The notes below the pieces were generated by a model, which had not been told where the DNA came from, searched no databases, and worked only from the letters and a program-made list of their open reading frames with translations. Position numbers and translations under genes: made by a program. A stretch of 58,902 bases of DNA from Klebsormidium nitens (lineage: Eukaryota; Plantae; Klebsormidiophyceae): contig DF237495.1 in NCBI GenBank assembly GCA_000708835.1, positions 1 through 58,902 on the forward strand, given 5' to 3'. Shown one piece after another: positions 36,201 through 47,600 of the stretch; position 1 is the stretch's first letter, and each line of letters begins with the position of its first letter.

Positions 36201-39200
36201 GACAGGGCTCGACAAGAGGTGCATCAACCCTTCAGGCAGATACTTTTAATCTGCCTTGCATCATCCCTTGAAGTACGACGAAAAAAATACGTTCCTCAAC
36301 ACATGCGCCGGTTTGCTACACCTAGTCGACGAGAAGAAAGACACTTCCAAACCCAAAGCAAAGGATGTTGGACAACAATCCAGCCCACCTGTGAACAGCA
36401 CCCTTCGTCGCATTCGCAGCCCCCGCAACAAGTCCTGGTACAACTGCCCGTCTTTGTTCCTGATATTATGCGCCTCGTCGAACAAAGCGACGTCCGGCGC
36501 CTCCAGCAGGTGCCACGTCAGCTGCGCGCGCAGGCGCGCGCTCCCCGCGCTCCGGCTACGGAGCAGCGCGCGCACAGTCTCGTAACTCGCGAGGAGCATT
36601 CCGTCTTTTTTCCCGGCCCACTCCTGGAGAATCTTTACCCGGTGCTTGAGGCTCCTCTCTGTTTCCGTCGTCCCCGGTACGTACCCCGGGCGATCCAAGC
36701 GGTACGTTTTGATTGACACCGGCTTTTGGTCGTCCCACACGTGGAGCACGGAGGCGGGGGCTAGTGTCATAATACGTCGGCGCTGCAGGAGTTGGAGCCA
36801 CCAGTACAATGCCCAGCCCTGTTAAGGATTGTTAGAATCTGTTGGAGTGATTTACGAGACATCAGAGCATTGAAATGAATGGTCAGGCCCCGTTTTGCGT
36901 CGCGCGTTAGCATAAAAAGATGGAAAACAAATCATCTTAACTCTCTACTCCTTAATGTGGTCCTGTTTCAAGCAGAAGAGGTCCCTTAATAAACCAGACC
37001 TAACGAACCCATCGTGTCTGAAACTTTGCATACAACGTGAAGGATCTAATCAAGGGGGACCCTCGTTGAGAAGAAATCGACATGAATCTTCGGACCAAGC
37101 TGATCGCAAAAGTCGAGGTCATGTTTCAACACGGTATTGGTGCTTTCCAATCTGCTCTCGATCACAACGAATAACAAACCTCGGACCCACCAGCTTTGTC
37201 TTCCCACTGCCCATCGCATGCGCCAGGACGCAACCCTTTCCGGCTTCCTCAACCTCCGCTTCCGACACCCCTCCCAAGCATCCCGCTTGGCTTCCCAGTC
37301 CGTCTACCGACCCCGTCAGAGCCCTCATCGCAAATTCAAACCCTTCCACTTGTGACCGGAAGGGTTTCCGCCGGGCGCCGAGCACCGCCCAGAACGCCGC
37401 TTCCGCGGCGGATCCGTGCTCCGCGACCAGCTCCGGCGGAGTCCGCCGTTCCGCCGCCCTCACAGCGGAAGTGTGCGACAGCGGACACTCCGGGATGTCC
37501 TCTAGAGTTACTCTCCTCTTTCTCCCCGGGCGCTTTCTCGACTCGTCCCATCCCCCCGGAGGGGGATCCCTTTCCGCCCACAGCTTCGGTAAGACCTTTC
37601 CCATCCAGTTTCTTTCCCAGCGGTGTGAATACGCCCGTGTGTCCAGGCGTTCATCCACGCACGCCCCGAGGAAGGCCCCGTTCACACCGCAGAAGCGGCC
37701 GTACTCGGGATCGATCTTCACACACGACTCGTCATGAGTGTGCCCTTTAGCAACTCCTTTCTTTTCTCCGTTCCGCTGTCGTTCCGCTTCCGTCACTTCC
37801 GCTTCCTGCCTCCGAAAAGCATCGAAGTCCTCCCAGACGCGCCGCAAGGCAGCATCTCCCGAGCTTTTTGCCTCCTCCGTCCGTTCCGTTCCGTTCGTGC
37901 CCTCCCGTTCCGCTGCGGACTTACTCCGTTCTTCCGGCGGCCGACCATCCTCAGCAGCCGTTCTCTGCGACCTCGCTTCCGTTAGAAACTCGTCGAACAG
38001 CGGACAGTCGCCGAATCCCACCCCGCTCGCGCCCACAAACTCCTTGTCCGCCACCGTCCCTCCGAAGAACACCGCGCTCTGCGCGCGCGCTCCCGCGGCC
38101 GGCTCGCGCGCGCCGCCGCGCATCTCCCCGCTCCGCTCCATCGCTCGTGCCATTCTCCTCCGGGTCTCCACAGCGGCGACACGACAGCTCCTCCTGGGCG
38201 CTGCAAGGTCGCCGGAAAGCCCCCTTTTACTGAAACCGTTTCCGCCGACTGGCCGACCGTTTCTCGTTTGTTCCTTTCTTCGCGCCTCCTCTCTGCTCTT
38301 CTTTCGAAGCTGCGCGGTCGACTCCAGCATCTCGTAGTGGCTTAGAATATCATCAAGCGTCGGTTCTGGAAAATTCGAGTTCCAACAAGGCTTTTGGCCT
38401 TTCGCATCGCTTTTTCGGTTGTCTGCCTCAGGGTTTGGGGGCTTGGGCTGACCGTCGGATGCGATGCCGACGGATTGTGGTCCTGACGCCGAAGCATTCT
38501 CGTCTCCTTCTGAGGCTGTTACCCACTCTCCCTCCGTTTTAGACGTGCTCTCGCCAGCCGCCACGTCATCGCACTTCCGCACTCGCGGCTTCTTCCCGCT
38601 GCCCACCTGACGGCTGACGTCAGACCCCCCTTCCGTGACGTCCGCCTCCTCATCCGCCGGATCCTCTTTCCAGCCTCCAAAATCTTCTCGTATGCTCCAG
38701 AGGCATTCGTACTTCCTGTTCTCTTGAATTTCAACCGGAGTCTCCTCAAGCGCTTTCTCTCCAGCCGTCAGCAAAAGAGGCGTTCGCCCCGGACTCTCCT
38801 CCCAACAGTCAGGCACCTCGAGCGCTGGTCCGCTGTTCCGCCGGAAGCAGCGTCTCTTTCCGCCGGAGCCGCTTGAAACTGTCCCCACCAGCTCGCCGGG
38901 GGGATCCCACGGCTGCCCGCTCGGGCCGTGCGCGCGCCTTTTCCGGCCCCGCCGCCGCGTTTCTTCGTAGCAAGGGTAGCACTCCGTCTTGGGACCGAAC
39001 GCGCTGCCGTACCAGACGGTACAAACCGCCCGGGCACAACGCCAGCAAGGGCCCCCCTGACTTCTCACAATCGCCCACTTACTTTTCGCACCTGACTTTT
39101 TACCGGACGTCTTTGGCTTCCGCGTGCTTATTACCCGGCTGATTTTGCTTTGGTTGGTTTCTGACCGGTCGGATTGCCCCGCTTTTACGTCTCTCGGTTC

Positions 39201-39755
39201 ACGTCTCGTAGGCAAACAGTCGAAACTGATCGCCGAAGCTGACGCTTTCAGGGCCTCTAACTCTTTGTTCCTCTTCTCGGCGGAACGCTCCGCTCTTGAT
39301 GCACTCTCGCCAGGTAAGTCTGAATAGAACGTTTCAGAATTGGTACTCGAAGAGCGCTTCCGCGCCGCCTGCGAAGATTCGGATTCTAGAAGCATTCCTC
39401 CTGCCTCTTCGATGGTCAGCGTCTCGAACCCGCCTTCGCCTCTCCACGCGCAGCTTGGTAATGAGACCGCCGATTTAGCTGCTCTTCCGTTCCTAAAGTG
39501 ACCGGAAGAAGAAAGAGCGGGAACCTCAGACCGGAATCCCTCCCGACTTCTCTCATCCTTACAGAGTGATCCCCCGCTTTCCTTATCGGAAAGAGCAAGT
39601 GGGTAGAACTTGGAGGAACCGGTTCTCATGACGTCAGCGCCGCCCACGTGCCCGTTTGGGATGCCCATGTGGGCTCCCATCAGCTCTCTGTCGTCCAGGA
39701 CTAGAAACGAGTCTCTTTCTCTGGGCGTGATTGAGAAGCGCATGTCGGCTTCCAT
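33245..39755 (-). CDS. CLSY/DRD1: SNF2-family chromatin remodeler of the CLSY/DRD1 type, with an N-terminal GATA-type zinc finger, 6 exons, about 1470 aa
   Basis: Exons 39755-37191, 36818-36389, 35873-35144, 34780-34532, 34087-33946, 33550-33245 (4422 nt, phases consistent; start codon uncertain). Motif I CVLAHAMGSGKT; Ia LAPASVLHVW; II LFDEAHNIRN; III LFTGTPYNN; ERVLVFGE; RFNDPQSRAVVLLATVDTCDEGIELFGATRVVILAPLWNP; VI QLIGRVVRPGQ. The FNDPxSxAxVLL..CxEGI.LxGA segment is typical of CLSY/DRD1 rather than of ATRX or RAD54 (from memory). Confidence 0.8.
38970..39047 (-). other. GATA-type C4 zinc finger coding segment within the SNF2 N-terminal exon
   Basis: CWRC-x18-CYPC (CWRCARAVCTVWYGSAFGPKTECYPC). 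The W and GPKT align with the plant GATA consensus CxxC..TPxWRxGPxGPKTLCNAC. Confidence 0.7.
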
Positions 39756-41680
39756 CGAGAACGCCTTCTGATGCACGTGACCAAATCTTGAAGCCAGTTT
39801 CGTTTTTTAGGAGCCACCTGCAAGGAACGGACCAGACAAGTTTAGTCTCTGATAGACTGCTGTGGTCTTAATCACAGTTCTTTCGAGTCCAAGCAACTTG
39901 AGAACAGATCCGGGCGGCCTGTGGATGAAAAAATCAAACAGTGGACAGCAAAGAGGGTTGTGTTTCGCAAGAGAACTCCATTCTCTCCAGAGCATAAGTT
40001 CGTCTTATCATATAAATAGGTTGAGACAGCCTCAAATGGTTCGAGCACGGAAAAAGCAAAATATGGAAGAATGATCTCTTTCCCTGGGCAAAAGCTGGCT
40101 GTAATTTGACTTCGAGCCGGGATTTTGCCGATCAATTGTAAGTGACGAGAAGCAGCCCACTCAAAAGGGATTGTCTTTAGAGCAAGCTTCCAGATTTTCG
40201 CAGCCTCAACGACCCCACAAAATCGAGCAATCAGAACAACCGTAATGACATCTTGCAGATTCATTATCAACAACTCACAAATTGCAGAAGGTCGACGTTT
40301 GTTTTCTAGGTTAATAGAAGTGGATATTCGCAGATTACTACGACCCGAGTTGAGTTTATCCGTCCGTAAAGGATTAAGTGCCCTCCACAACTGGTGCCCA
40401 CAAACTTCGAGAATCAAAGATTTAATCCGTTGTCTTAAAGTTCTCTGGAATGTTTCCTTCTTACCTGTGAGTTCCTTCAGGCAAGGAGAAACAAGTAGAG
40501 GCAACTCTTGCTGCTGGGCAGAGGCCTTGTCTCGAGAAGCAATCTCCCACCGCAACCCCAGGTGCAACAATGCAACTTGGCAAAGCTGTCCAGACTGTAG
40601 CAATAGAGGTATGTCGAAGCTGATGTTCAGGCTATGCCAGTTGCAAACACGCCCTGGTTTCCACTCTTCTAGTTTCGAAAACAGGGCATGCCTCTGAAGC
40701 AACCAGCTCCCAATCAGCGCACTGCAACTCAAGATAAAATCGCCCACCAGAGAATGGGCTTCAAGTCCCAAAGTTCAATGTACAGCTCAAGCGAAGGCCC
40801 AAAACGTAATGTTAGAAGACTACCTGAGGGGGAATGGCGCTTGGACGCTGTTGACACCTCAGCAGGTATCCTTGAAGTACTGCGATTCTCCTTGTTTTCA
40901 TTCCTGCTTGGAATTCGTCCCGTGCAACTTCGAGGTCCAAATTCTGGGTTACTTCGTGAGTTCCAGCATCTTACGAGGGTTTTAGTTGTCTAATCACATG
41001 CCTGAACGTCAATTGAACAGTCAAACCGTCTGGCCGACTAACCACATTTGCTGATCCAATCGGTCCCTCGAACTCGGTCGCCCTTTCGTCACTTCGTACG
41101 TCACAACACCGTGTCGCGGTCACGTCAAAGTCTGCACTGGGTTTCAAAGTGATTTTCGGAGCGCATGCAGCACAGTGTCTCAAGTCTAGTGCTTTGAAGC
41201 GGGGACCTACAAATTCTTTCAGTCGTATCAGTCCATTATTCAAAGAGTACTGAAGCAAGAAGTGGCTACTGCAGGACCAAGAGTCAACATTCCAAGAGCC
41301 AAAAGTTTTTTGGGAGGCTCCCTCGCAGGTCCCTGTGAGCAGAAGAGCCAAGGCTTTAGAGGATGCATTTGTTTTAGAGCTTACATATCTCTCGCAGGGG
41401 GTCTGTCCGCAGCTGCCCTCAATCTAAGAAGTGGCATCAAGCCTTCTTTTGACAGCAACTTAAGGCCCTTGCGGCGTTCTCATAACTTCATCGGACGAAA
41501 GCAAGCTGGAAGATTGCGGCGACTGGGTAGAAACTGAGTCAGAGCTAGAGAGCGCCTGATCTCTTGTGCTTTGAACACGCCAGAACACGCCAGCACAGAA
41601 AGATTGAAGAGTGATTGAAGTTAGAAAGTCTGAGCTTGTCGCAGTTTGATCTCCACGAAGCGCTCTGTGGATCATTCAGC

Positions 41681-44600
41681 ATGAAGGCACCCAAAGCTCC
41701 ACTTGAAGTGCCGGAGAGTCTCTGTTTCCAGATCTTGGGCCCCGAGGAGATAGTGAGTGCCTCTTCTTCCTTTCGTTCAGAAATGCAGACGAGCCTTTGA
41801 CCTGCTCTTTTGGCTGAAACAGTGGAAGCTGAAAACATGGAAAGAACAGTGTCCCTTAGCTCATCCACTCTGCTGCTCTGCTCAAATCAGACGAAGGTGA
41901 GCGAAAAGTTCCCGTCCACGGAGTGTTTCCGGCGACAATCTGCTTGTTGTCCTGGGCAGTCTGTCGCCCCTCTCCTTTGGCACTTAGCTTTCCGCAGCAA
42001 CTGAGAAGCGGCAAAATGACCAAGTCAGACGCCATAGAACCTTCAGCAATGAGAGAATATTGCATCTTTTGAATCTCCCGTAATGGTCTCGGGTTTGACC
42101 TGACAGGTTTCAGTTTGCCTTTGTTGCTCTGAGGCAAGACATTATACGTGTGGATCTGCTCAACCGAAACAATCTGGAACACCCTCCGGCTCCCTTTAAC
42201 GGACCCTTGATAGCAGGGGGACCGTCATATGTTGCTTTGACGTCAGAAAGGCTGAGTAGTAACTATAAATGCGGGAGGCCTTCTTGAAACTGTGAAACAA
42301 TGCATCAAAAGGAGCTTGCCTCGTAAATTGTCTGCTTAATCCAATTGTGACATTGAAACGGCGGGGAAGATCCTCAATTCCACTTGATCCCCTGCGAGAA
42401 ACATCTTCGACCGTTTCGTAGTCCCATAACCAGGTCGCTAGGATGCGGTAGAGATGGTCGCGTTTCCCTACCAATCTTTCGGCATCGTCACTTTCATCGT
42501 CGATCTTTCTGCAGGAGAAGCACAGCGTCGCTCGGTTCGACGCTAAATCCGAGTTGGAGCCGACGAAGAAGGCCCGCTGCAAGGCCAAGTACGCAAAACT
42601 GGGCGTGCCGTACAATGCAATCGGCAAATGTCCGACGTGCGGGGCTTATGGGAGAAAGTGCCCAGGTGCCGTCCTAAGTGTCCTTGGTTAGCTGCTGGTT
42701 TGTCGAAACCCATCCAATGAAGCGAACCGGCTTTGCTGAAAGTCAACTCTGCTTTGAGCGAAGCTTGCAAGCCAGCTTACGATTCTCTGGATTGCAATCA
42801 GGAATGAACGTAGAATCTACAGCTAGGACCATACACCATTCACCAGATGTTCTTGTCTTAAATTAGAAACTGTTTCAGGGAGTTTTTGCCCATTTTTCTG
42901 TCGCTTTCCTGATCGAGGACTTCCTATGAAGACCACGATCTTCCTCACATCTGAGCTTCGATCCTTGATTCACTGATGCCCATCACATCGTCTAGAAAAT
43001 AGAAACAAAACAACAAGAGTTGCACCGACATGCATGCTGAACCCTTTGGAACCCAAGTCTTATGCTAGTGCTTGACTTTTAAATCAAAGTATGCTGACGT
43101 CGTGGCAGGGCACTTCGGCCACACGGATCTGGCGGGCCCGCTGTTCCGGGGGGAGGAGGAAAACAAGATCATCGCTGACGTCATGCGGCACCTCTGCTTC
43201 GCTTGTGGGCGCCCGTCGAGAATGAAGGTGAGAATGACAGGTGGCAACGCCAGAGAAAGTTCAGGAGCGTTTGGCAAACATTCAGCCGCCTCTCAGAGGG
43301 ACGAAGGGGTTGCAATCAATTCTTTTCTTTCGTCAAGGCCGACATGTGAATGACCTGTCTCCTCAGTTATTTCTTTTACCAAATGAGCTGACGCGGAGCT
43401 CAGCTTACCTGATAAGGTTTGGTGCGTAGACATGCTTGATTCTCAGACGATTCTTAGTTCGTGTCTCTTTTCTTGCACGTCTATCAGATGAGTCTAAAAG
43501 ATCGCCATCGTTTCGCTTCATCTCAATCTGGGCTGCGAGAAGCGGATCTTAGAACCAGACTTCCTCCTCTCATCCTCTGCTACGTCCAAACGACCGGTTT
43601 CTCTGTAAGGAACCCAGAAAAGGAAAGTGCATCAAGCCTAGAACGACAACCTATTCAGAAAGAGTCGACAAATAGAAGTTTCCGTGCTTTCCAATTCCTT
43701 GACTTTCATCGACGCTGATAGCATCAATCTCTTGCAGACGCGACTCGCGAAGATTCAAGATCTGCAAGAGAACAAGTGTTTGAACCCGATGGACAGGCGG
43801 TCCATGACAGAGATTGCGGGGAACATCAGGGGCCCGAGCGTAAGCATGACGTCATCACAGAGTTGTTTGCGATGGATTTGTGCTCATATAGTTTCTTGGG
43901 ACTCTTTTTTGCCACATTTTCCCGATCCGCAAGAACGGTTCTTCACGACCCTGATTGCATAGCTTTGACGCGAGGACTTCTGTACTTCAAGACGGAGCCT
44001 TCTTTGAGCGCAGAGATGGCATCGAGCACGGCCTTGCTTTCTGCTTTTGACATGGAATAAGTTCTTTGCATCTTGCATCGAGCGAGAGTTGAACCCCTTC
44101 AGTACTTGAAGAAAAAACGTGATATCTGAGCCGGTGAGTTCGCTTTCAGACAAGGAACCTTATCTTCAGGAATCCTGGTAGTTCGGCCTACTTTAAAAAT
44201 TCTCTCGATGCGAGCCCTTGCCTTTGGCAAACACCTGTTGGGGAGAGAACTTTATGTCTACGCCGGCGGCGAAATCATTTTAAGGAGTCCTTAACACTAC
44301 AGAATGATGTTCGTTTCCAACCTGTTGCTTTGAACAGCAGCATCTGCCAGGAAGATGACTTGTCTTTGACAGAATGCTTGCGCACAGAGATGGATCCTTC
44401 TGCCTTTTGTATCCTTCACATTTATCTTTTCTGATGTTCGTTTTCGAACCTTATGACAGGTGTCGGCCACGCATCCCGTGCTGGCCCAAGCAGGCGGCTT
44501 GGTCCTCAAGGGCGCGACACGTGGCATCCTCCTACGCAATTGGAGCCAGATCCTGTGCGAAAGCTGCGGCGCAAGCTTCAAGAAATTGGCCACGACTCAC

Positions 44601-47600
44601 CCCGAGATGGCTATCCCCAGAGGCTTCAGCGCGCTCGCGGTGAGCATAGCGTATGACAAGTCCAAGAAAGCTTATGGGCTTCTCGAATCAATCTGGCTCT
44701 AGGTACGCTTTGCCTGTGAATATTGTTTCAGGGCGCTCTGGAGTTGCAAGAAAGCTTATAGTGAAACTCGACAGGGATGCAAACCGGCTTTCCTTGTTCC
44801 AACTCTCTTCTGAAGGTAGAACGGCTGCGAAGTGACGTAGGATAAATCATGAGACGAACTTCACACGCTCTCACATTTGAGCGCCGGCAAACTTCGCTGA
44901 TGAACTGGCTCTCACCCTTTGTATGATATTCTTTCCCTCCGGATGATTGAAGAAGTTATCTGGACAAGATGATGAAAGGTCAGCAACTCTCGGTCCGCAT
45001 TTTGGAGCTTTCATCACCAGGTTTTAGGCCGTTTGTTCTTCCTCCACAAGTCGTTGTCGGTGTTTTAGAACTTTTCTCCGCTATTCACGGCGCCTCCTTC
45101 CGTCCTGACGCCAAAGCTCTCAGAAACCCCTGAGACTTCAATCCTCCACTCTCTTTTCAAAGCGTGGAATTTTACCTGCTTTCTGTGCGTATATGCTTAC
45201 ATAACCAATCCATTCTTTCTCATGACGTAGATCCTGGACGCCCTCAAAAGAATCTCGGATGACGACTGGGCGCGGTGTCCGCTGCGGAATTCCGGCCGGA
45301 TCTCCGTCGCCCGGCCGGAATGGCTGCTCCTGACCAAGCTCCCCATTCCCCCCCCACATCTATGCCTGACCATCGCCCCCCTGAAAAAGTTGGTGGCAAA
45401 GAATCGGTGTCTCAAGCGCGAGCACGCGGCCGCGATGCGGCGGGACCCGGACCGCGCGCTCAAGCTGCTCGCGCACAGACTCCCGAGCGAGCTCCAGCCG
45501 CTGGCCAACGAGCACTTTGGGACCAAGGGCACGGTGAGTGCTGACGTCATGGTGAGGTCACTTAGGTCCTCGTCAATCACAAAGAACGTGGTTGTTTGGA
45601 AAGCTGCGCGCAAGCCTCTGCTTTCAACAGAAGCTGTCGTAGTACCTTTTGGGGCAAGCCATGGATTCTGAAGAATGATGTCGACGCGAACGATCGGGCG
45701 CTGCGCGCGGTGTGGACACTTCAGGAGCCCACTTATAAAATCAATCAGATTCGGTTTCCAGTCGTGTCAGATCATCATTCTTCCAAAAAACGCAGAGTTC
45801 AGGCTCCTAAAGCTCTACCATTTACAAATACGACTCGTAAGAACATGCACCGGACCAGATTTGGACTTGAGAAAATGTCTTTTTGAAAGGTATGCACTTT
45901 GCAAGCTGATTGCTTCACCGCACGATAGAATCCTGCAGAAAAGGGCTTTTGCTGAAACTTGGGGCCACGACGTTGTTCAAATCACTTTCTCTCTGTGCGT
46001 GTTGCAGCTTGCCCAACCAGCTGGGAGCCGCCTGATCGGCCGCCTTCAGCCGCACCAGGCTAAGAAAGGCCGGATCCGCTGCACAGTGGCCGGAAAACGT
46101 GTTAATCACGCCGGAACGAGCGTCATCTCGCCGGATCCGTCACTGCCCATCGGAGTGATTGGAGTTCCGGTGGAGATAGCGGAAACGCTTTCCGGATCAC
46201 CGACCTGAACATCGACTACTGGCAGGAGCAAGTGAACGCCCTGGTTGGGCGTTCCGATGGGACAGGCGAGGAGCGGACGCCGGAGCGGAAAGCGGATGCG
46301 GAGCGGAATGAGGGGTCAGGCTGGGTACCGAGACCGGATGGGGAAGAGGGACCGGGGTGGGGAAGTGGATCAAACTGGGACGAGAACAAGGAACAGGAAA
46401 CGGAACCAGAGCCGGAGCGGAAACCGGAACATGAGCGGAAGGAAAAGTCGGCTGAGAGAAAACCGGCAATCAAGCGCAGGTTCTTCAGAAAGGGGAAGCC
46501 GCTGATGTTGGTTCCGGGGGCGACCCTGAAAGTGGGAGATACGCTGGAGCGGTCGCTGCGAAATGGCGACCGGGTGGTGATCAATCGCTACCCGTCGCTG
46601 CATAAGGGCAGCGGGTTCTCGGTTACGGTTCGGGTTTCCGAAACCAAAACCTTCGCCCTCCACCCGGCGATGTGTAGGGGCATGGGAGCGGACTTCGACG
46701 GCGACACAATCGGTTGGTTTCCTTTTTTATCCGATTCTAGTTCGTCTTTCCCCTTTGTCTTTTGTCTTTGCGCCCCGCCTTCGGAAAGGAGACACTCCAA
46801 TACCACCCCTCTATCAGCAACTTTTCTGAATATTCTTTTTCACGTGGACCCGTTGTTTCTTGGGTTTTCCACTAATGTGTAAGCAGCTTTGCGCTCGAAG
46901 TAATAAATTAAAAGGTCAGTTTCTCATGAAACTCCTGCTAGAACGGTTTGATTGAGGGTTCGTAGCGGTACAGCGTCTTATACAGGGAGGTCTGTGTCGT
47001 GTTTCTGGAGTCAACTGTATACCTTGTGCACACCTTGCTCCCATTGGATGAAACCTTGGTTTCAAAAATTGATAGGCCGACTTTGGATTACGAATCTCTC
47101 TTGAAGTTTCTCGGAAATGGTACATCATTTCGTTTTCGTTTCTATGAGTTTTTGATCTTGCGTTGAAGGTACCGAAACTGAACGGTATTGTCTTTTGTTT
47201 TATCCAGTCATCCACGTGCCGCAAGCTCCAGAGCCGAGCGCCGACGTGCAAAGCCTGCTCCCGATCGAGGAGAATCTCGTTTCTCCCTCGGGGGGTGAAG
47301 CCATGGTTACTTTCTTGCAAGACTCCCTCCTAGCCCTCTCCGAGATGGTTAGCACGCTGACCACCTTTTTCACCCAGGAAGAAGCGCAAAATCACTTCGC
47401 GAACGTGCTCCTCGCGTCAGGGTCAGAGGACGGGTTAACGCTAAACCACTTCCCGGAACCGGCAATATGGAAGCACCCCGGGTCGGAGGTTCTAGCGGGC
47501 GGAAAGCGGGTTAAAAACCCGGTTTGGACCGGCCCGCAGCTGGTCGCGGCGCTGCTTCCGGACGGTTTCGAGTACGAAAGCCCGGGTGATGGGTTAGCAT

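Noticed and set aside
36821-36828. Perfect U12 branch sequence TCCTTAAC on the minus strand near the SNF2 exon 2 acceptor
   Set aside because: It sits directly against the AG and the matching donor is GTGGGT (U2 type), so this is not a U12 intron.
37734-38337. Long + strand ORFs opposite SNF2 exon 1, and similar shadows such as 13501-14094, 35270-35884 and 49676-50059
   Set aside because: Antisense or alternative-frame shadows of GC-rich coding exons.
33245-39755. ATRX identity for the SNF2 gene (ATRX has a GATA-like finger in its ADD domain)
   Set aside because: No PHD finger follows the C4 finger, and the helicase-C motifs fit CLSY/DRD1 better. A tree is needed to exclude ATRX formally.
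40866-40873. GTATCCTT U12-donor consensus (also at 44409)
   Set aside because: No upstream exon or downstream U12 branch/acceptor pairing was found. An 8-mer like this is expected occasionally by chance.
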